This document shows, piece after piece, positions 59,032-64,000 of a DNA stretch of 64,000 nt. A model generated the notes under the pieces. The model was not told where the DNA came from, searched no databases, and saw only the letters and a program-made list of their open reading frames with translations. Location: NCBI GenBank assembly GCA_965242925.1, contig CBDEUM010000014.1, positions 416,001 to 480,000 on the forward strand, in the 5' to 3' direction. How positions within the stretch are numbered: position 1 is the first letter of the stretch; each line of letters starts with the position of its first letter. The translations under genes and the position numbers were made by a program. This DNA comes from Roseibacillus sp. (GTDB lineage Bacteria > Verrucomicrobiota > Verrucomicrobiia > Verrucomicrobiales > Akkermansiaceae).

Positions 59032-62000
59032 GTGCCCCCTGCCAAGAAACGCACCGCTGCTTCTCCACATCGCCGCCGGACTGGGCCCCGGAAGGGGAAC
59101 CAGAAGGAGATGATCGTCGTCCGGGGCGCACGACAGAACAATCTCAAGGGGCTCGACCTCGATATCCCCCTCGGCAAGCTTACGGTGGTGACCGGACCTT
59201 CCGGCTCCGGCAAATCCTCCCTCGCCTTCCAGACCCTCTACGCGGAAGGCCAGCGACGCTACGTGGAGACCTTTTCCCCCTACGTCCGCCAGTTCTTCGA
59301 CCGCATGGACAAACCCGCGGTCGATCGCATCGAAGGCATCCCCCCCGCCATCGCCATCGAGCAGAAGAACAACGTGCGGACCACCCGCTCGACGGTAGGC
59401 ACCATCACCGAGATCAATGACTACCTCAAGCTGCTCTATGCGCGCTGTGCCCATGCCATAGACCCCTCCAACGGCGATCTCATCCGGCCCGACACCAGCG
59501 ACTCGATCTCGGCGTGGTGTTTCGAGAATCTTTCCGGCCGGCAGGCCCTGGTCCTCTTCCCTGTTCCCGTCCCCCCCGGGACCGAGCTGGAAGAGTTCTT
59601 CGTCTTCCTTCAGCAGCAGGGATACCTCCGCATCCACCTCAACGGCCGGGTGATCCGGACAGACACTCCGGAGGAGGCGGGATTTGCCCTCCTTCCTCCC
59701 CAGGTGCAGGTCATCCAGGATCGCATCAGGATCAGCAAGGGCAACCGGCAACGCCTCCTGGAGGCACTTGAGCGCTCCCTCGATCTGGGCAGAGGCGCCT
59801 GCAGCATCGCCGACTCGGAGAAAGGGAACCACCCCCATCCCTTCTCCACCAACTGGGCCAACCCCGTCACCGGGTTCACCGCCCGCCCTCCCACCCCTTC
59901 CCTCTTCACTTTCAATAACCCGGTGGGGGCCTGTCCTGATTGTCGCGGCTTCGGACGCGTCATCGGCATTGACCTCGCCAAGGCCATTCCCGATCGCCAC
60001 CGTTCCATTCACGAAGGCTGCGTGAAGCCTTTCCAGAGCGAGCGCGGGGAAGAGTGCCAGCGTGACCTTGAGCTGCACGGCGCGCGACGTGGCCTCGATC
60101 TTGACTGCCCCTTCTCCGACCTGAGGGAGGAGGAACAGAACTGGGTTCTCTACGGAGAGCGCGACAACCCGGAGGATGCATGGGAAAGCGACGAATGGTA
60201 TGGGGTGAAGGGATTCTTCGAGTGGATGGAGGGCCGTGCCTACAAAATGCATGTCCGTGTCTTTCTGAGCCGCTACCGCTCTTATACGACCTGTGGCAGC
60301 TGCCGTGGGGCACGCCTGCAACCCGAGGCCCTCTGCTTCCAGATCGACGGCTGCACCCTTCCCGATCTCTGGCGACATCCGGTCGCCCATCTTCACGAAT
60401 GGGTCCTTGAGCTGCCCCACGGGATTCACGGTCGAAGTTCCAGCACCGACCGGACGATCAATCTCATCCTCTCCGAAATCACCAACCGTCTGCGCTACCT
60501 CTGTGAAGTTGGACTCGGTTACCTTACCCTTGACCGTGCTACCCGCACGCTCTCCGGCGGCGAGATTGAGCGGGTTAATCTCACCAGCTGCCTCGGCGCG
60601 TCGCTCACCAATACTCTCTTTGTCCTCGACGAACCGACGGTCGGGCTGCACGCCCGCGACATCGGGGCGCTCGTCTCCGTCATGCAGGGCCTGCGCGACA
60701 AGGGCAATACTCTCCTGGTGGTCGAACATGAGGAAGCCGTCATGCGGGCCGCCGATCACCTGCTTGATCTCGGTCCGGGTGCGGGTGAACACGGAGGGGA
60801 AATCGTGGCCGCTCTCACGAGACGCCAGGCCTTCCATTCCGGGGCTCTCAAGACCTGCCCGCGGAGTTCCACCCTTCCCTACCTGCTGGGCCGGCAGTCA
60901 ATCCCCGTTCCTTCCGACCGTCGCACCCCCTCCGGTTACCTCAGGATCCGGGGTGCGTCCCGTCACAATCTCCTCAAGCTGAATGCCGACATCCCGCTCG
61001 GGGTCTTCGCCTGCGTGACAGGGGTCTCCGGCTCGGGCAAGTCGACCCTGGTCCACGATGTTCTCTATCAGAATCTGGCGGCGGTCCTCCACCTCGAGAG
61101 CCAGGACGAACCGGCACCCCTGCGCTCCCTTACCGGAACCGAGCAACTCGCGGCTGTAAAAATTGTGGACCAGAGTCCGCTTTCCCGCACGCCGCGCTCT
61201 ACCCCTGTCGTCTACCTGGGCGCCTTCGACCTCGTGCGGCAACTCTTCGCCGGGAGCCCCGATGGCCTGCTCGCCGCGGCAAAGCCGGGATACTTCTCCT
61301 TCAACTCCGGCGCAGGCCGCTGTGAGCGCTGCGGGGGCAACGGATTTGAGAAGGTCGAAATGCAGTTCCTCTCCGATCTTTATCTCACCTGCCCCGAATG
61401 CAGCGGTTCACGCTACAACCAATCCGCTCTCGGGATTCGCTTCGAAGACAAGACCATCGCGGAGGTCCTTTCCTTCACCGTGACGGAAGCGCTGTGTTTC
61501 TTTGGCCGGGGAGCGGCGGAGACTGCCAGGCGTGCGACCACCACCGAGGCCAGACTCAAGACCAGGATCCTTTCCGCCCTGCGACCACTTGAGGATCTTG
61601 GCCTCGGCTACCTTCGCCTTGGACAACCCCTCAACACCCTCTCCGGCGGGGAGGCCCAGCGACTCAAACTGTGCACCATCCTCATGCAGGCCCTCTCCCG
61701 CCGGGAGACGCAGGCCGAGCTTCTCATCCTCGACGAGCCCACCACCGGTCTGCACTTCGGTGACATCGAAAAACTCCTCGCCGTCTTCCAGCGCCTGGTC
61801 GACGCCGGCCATTCACTCCTTGTCATCGAGCACAACCTGGACGTCATCAAATGTGCCGATTACCTGATCGACGTCGGTCCTGGTGCCGGCGCAGACGGAG
61901 GAAGAATCATCGGCACCGGGACCCCCGAGGAGATCGTCACAACAGACACCGAGACGGCCCGCTACCTCGCCCCTCTCCTCAATCCCAACGACGTGAGCAT

Positions 62001-64000
62001 CCCCGGGCCGCCCGCCGGCAACCAGCTGGACGAGCACCCTTCCAGACTCGGGACGAGCATCGGAAATGCCATCCAGATTTCCGGTGCCCGCGAACACAAT
62101 CTGAAGAACATTGAAGTGACCATCCCCCGCGACAAGTTCGTGGTCGTCACCGGACTGAGTGGGAGTGGCAAGTCCACCCTGGCCTTTGACATCATCTTCG
62201 CCGAGGGACAACGGCGCTTCCTCGATTCGATGTCGCCCTACGCACGACAGTTCGCTGAGCAGCTGGAAAAGCCCGATATCGACCGCATTTCCGGCCTCCC
62301 GCCCACAGTTGCGATCGAGCAACGCATCTCACAGGGGGGCGGCAAGTCGACCGTCGCCACCGTTACGGAGGTCTACCACTTCCTGCGCCTGCTCTATGCC
62401 AAGCTGGGAACGCAGCACTGCCCCGAGTCCGGGGAGCCGGTGGTGCCGCAAACCGAGGACGCCATCGTGAACGTTATCCGGGGCCAGGTGAAGAAGGGTC
62501 CGATAGACATCCTCGCCCCCGTGGTCCGCGGCCGGAAGGGATTCCACACCGAGGTAGCCGCCTGGGCCGGACGCCAGGGCTACACCCGCCTTCTGGTCGA
62601 CAACCAGTGGAAGGAGGTAGAGGGCTTCCAGCGGTTGGAGCGCTTCAAGGAACACGATATCGATGTCCTCGTTCTCCACCTTTCAAAATCCACCATTCGG
62701 CTCTCGGGCCTCCGCGAAGCAGTGGCCAGGGCCCTGCAACTGGGAAAGGGCACCCTGCGGGTGCTCGATAGTGACAAGCACCTGTCCCCCTTCTCCAGGG
62801 CGCGGGTCAGTCCAGTCACCGGCCGTTCCTTCGAGGCTCCTGATCCTGCCCATTTTTCATTCAATTCACCCCGGGGCTGGTGCAGAACCTGCCGGGGCCA
62901 CGGAGAGACCGGCGGAACCCGCCACCGTTTCGACCGCCGGAACAACAAGCCCTACAACTCCGTCACGGAGGCTGAACTCGAGTTCGATCGCAAACTCGAC
63001 CGCGCGGACGAGGAGGAGCTCGTGATCTGTCCTGACTGCGGGGGCGCCCGACTCAATGAAGTGTCCCGGTCCATTCGAATCCAGGGCCGGGCCATTCAGG
63101 ATATCACTCTCCTTCCGGTAACGAAGGCCGCCGCCACGGTGCAGGATTTCAGGTTCACCGGACGGGAAGCCACCATCGCCCGCGACATTCTCCCCGAAAT
63201 CGCTCAACGCCTCCACTTCCTGGAAGAGGTGGGACTGGGCTACCTGCAGCTGGACCGCTCGGCCAAAACTCTCTCAGGCGGCGAGGCTCAGCGCATCCGT
63301 CTGGCCGCCCAGCTCGGATCCAATCTGCGGGGCGTTCTCTACGTTCTCGACGAACCCACCATTGGCCTGCACCCCCGCGACAACGACAAGCTCCTCAACA
63401 CCCTGGAAGCCCTCCGCGGCAAGGGGAATTCCCTCCTCGTGGTGGAGCATGACGATGAGACGATGGCGCGGGCCGACCATATCATCGACCTCGGCCCCGG
63501 AGCTGGACGACACGGCGGCGAGGTAATCGCTTCCGGACCGCTGGGGAAACTCAGGAAACTCAGGAAGTCCATTACCGGGCAAGCGCTGGCTCATCCCCTG
63601 GTCCATCCCGTCCGCGGGCAACGCCGCCCCCTCCCCAAGGCCGCCGCCAGGACGGGTTGGCTGCGAGTGAAGGGCTGCGCCCTCAACAACCTCAAAAACA
63701 TCGAAGTCCGAATTCCTCTCCAGCGCCTGACTGTCATCACCGGCATCTCAGGGTGCGGGAAATCCTCCCTCATGCGCGGCACGATCGCGGAGCTCTTCAA
63801 GCGCGGGGCCGAAAAAACCTGGAAGACCGCCTCCGGAGTCAAATCGATCCGGCACTGCTACGAGGTGGACCAATCACCCATTGGCAAGACCTCCCGCTCC
63901 TGCCCCGCCACCTACGTCAAGATCTTCGATGACATCCGCAAGCTCTTCGCCCAACTGCCGGAGGCGCGCCTGCGAGGATTCGAGGCCTCGCGTTTTTCCT
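59032..64000 (+). CDS. uvrA: Excinuclease ABC subunit A, double-length (tandem) type; runs off the window end
   Basis: One open frame with four Walker A motifs (GPSGSGKS ~59194, GVSGSGKS 61021, GLSGSGKS ~62152, GISGCGKS ~63742), LSGGE signatures and CxxC zinc modules. Missed by the ORF track because there is no stop in the window. Confidence 0.95.
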   Translation, partial: MPPAKKRTAASPHRRRTGPRKGNQKEMIVVRGARQNNLKGLDLDIPLGKLTVVTGPSGSGKSSLAFQTLYAEGQRRYVETFSPYVRQFFDRMDKPAVDRIEGIPPAIAIEQKNNVRTTRSTVGTITEINDYLKLLYARCAHAIDPSNGDLIRPDTSDSISAWCFENLSGRQALVLFPVPVPPGTELEEFFVFLQQQGYLRIHLNGRVIRTDTPEEAGFALLPPQVQVIQDRIRISKGNRQRLLEALERSLDLGRGACSIADSEKGNHPHPFSTNWANPVTGFTARPPTPSLFTFNNPVGACPDCRGFGRVIGIDLAKAIPDRHRSIHEGCVKPFQSERGEECQRDLELHGARRGLDLDCPFSDLREEEQNWVLYGERDNPEDAWESDEWYGVKGFFEWMEGRAYKMHVRVFLSRYRSYTTCGSCRGARLQPEALCFQIDGCTLPDLWRHPVAHLHEWVLELPHGIHGRSSSTDRTINLILSEITNRLRYLCEVGLGYLTLDRATRTLSGGEIERVNLTSCLGASLTNTLFVLDEPTVGLHARDIGALVSVMQGLRDKGNTLLVVEHEEAVMRAADHLLDLGPGAGEHGGEIVAALTRRQAFHSGALKTCPRSSTLPYLLGRQSIPVPSDRRTPSGYLRIRGASRHNLLKLNADIPLGVFACVTGVSGSGKSTLVHDVLYQNLAAVLHLESQDEPAPLRSLTGTEQLAAVKIVDQSPLSRTPRSTPVVYLGAFDLVRQLFAGSPDGLLAAAKPGYFSFNSGAGRCERCGGNGFEKVEMQFLSDLYLTCPECSGSRYNQSALGIRFEDKTIAEVLSFTVTEALCFFGRGAAETARRATTTEARLKTRILSALRPLEDLGLGYLRLGQPLNTLSGGEAQRLKLCTILMQALSRRETQAELLILDEPTTGLHFGDIEKLLAVFQRLVDAGHSLLVIEHNLDVIKCADYLIDVGPGAGADGGRIIGTGTPEEIVTTDTETARYLAPLLNPNDVSIPGPPAGNQLDEHPSRLGTSIGNAIQISGAREHNLKNIEVTIPRDKFVVVTGLSGSGKSTLAFDIIFAEGQRRFLDSMSPYARQFAEQLEKPDIDRISGLPPTVAIEQRISQGGGKSTVATVTEVYHFLRLLYAKLGTQHCPESGEPVVPQTEDAIVNVIRGQVKKGPIDILAPVVRGRKGFHTEVAAWAGRQGYTRLLVDNQWKEVEGFQRLERFKEHDIDVLVLHLSKSTIRLSGLREAVARALQLGKGTLRVLDSDKHLSPFSRARVSPVTGRSFEAPDPAHFSFNSPRGWCRTCRGHGETGGTRHRFDRRNNKPYNSVTEAELEFDRKLDRADEEELVICPDCGGARLNEVSRSIRIQGRAIQDITLLPVTKAAATVQDFRFTGREATIARDILPEIAQRLHFLEEVGLGYLQLDRSAKTLSGGEAQRIRLAAQLGSNLRGVLYVLDEPTIGLHPRDNDKLLNTLEALRGKGNSLLVVEHDDETMARADHIIDLGPGAGRHGGEVIASGPLGKLRKLRKSITGQALAHPLVHPVRGQRRPLPKAAARTGWLRVKGCALNNLKNIEVRIPLQRLTVITGISGCGKSSLMRGTIAELFKRGAEKTWKTASGVKSIRHCYEVDQSPIGKTSRSCPATYVKIFDDIRKLFAQLPEARLRGFEASRFS

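Noticed and set aside
1..64000. CRISPR array, prophage, IS element or defence island
   Set aside because: No spaced direct repeats, integrase, transposase or phage structural genes. The nucleases present (YhaM, DUF151, RNase H-like, MazG) are dispersed among housekeeping genes.

Overview
GC-rich, gene-dense chromosomal window from a Verrucomicrobiales-like (PVC superphylum) bacterium. The taxon is inferred from the PVC-type L28, the double-length UvrA and the style of the hypothetical proteins. Most of the window is housekeeping: rpsB 3' end, tsf, mazG, pckG, folP, rpmB, ruvA, an isolated nuoA, secG, panD, a lolC/E-type permease, recG, recJ, lpxK, rph, hflX, leuC, leuD, thiL, and a four-ATPase uvrA that runs off the right end. 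I found no tRNA, rRNA, CRISPR array, integrase or transposase. Most notable observations: (1) a tandem pair of single-pass Ser/Thr kinases, each with two extracytoplasmic C-type-lectin-like modules (candidate glycan-sensing receptor kinases); (2) an M29-fold metalloenzyme / CCC-cupin / stand-alone OvoA-type methyltransferase operon with no sulfoxide synthase nearby; (3) a secreted heparinase II/III-like protein next to an ECF sigma / anti-sigma pair and a DUF6807-like protein; (4) an orphan circularly permuted ATP-grasp-like ligase; (5) a lolC/E gene whose conserved N-terminus has no canonical start codon (likely ATC); (6) a recurring TA[ACG]GCT-N6-start signature of leaderless mRNAs; (7) a strong terminator 8 nt upstream of the orphan nuoA; and (8) small ORFs missed by the ORF track. 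All family calls come from motif recognition by eye; no database searches were run.
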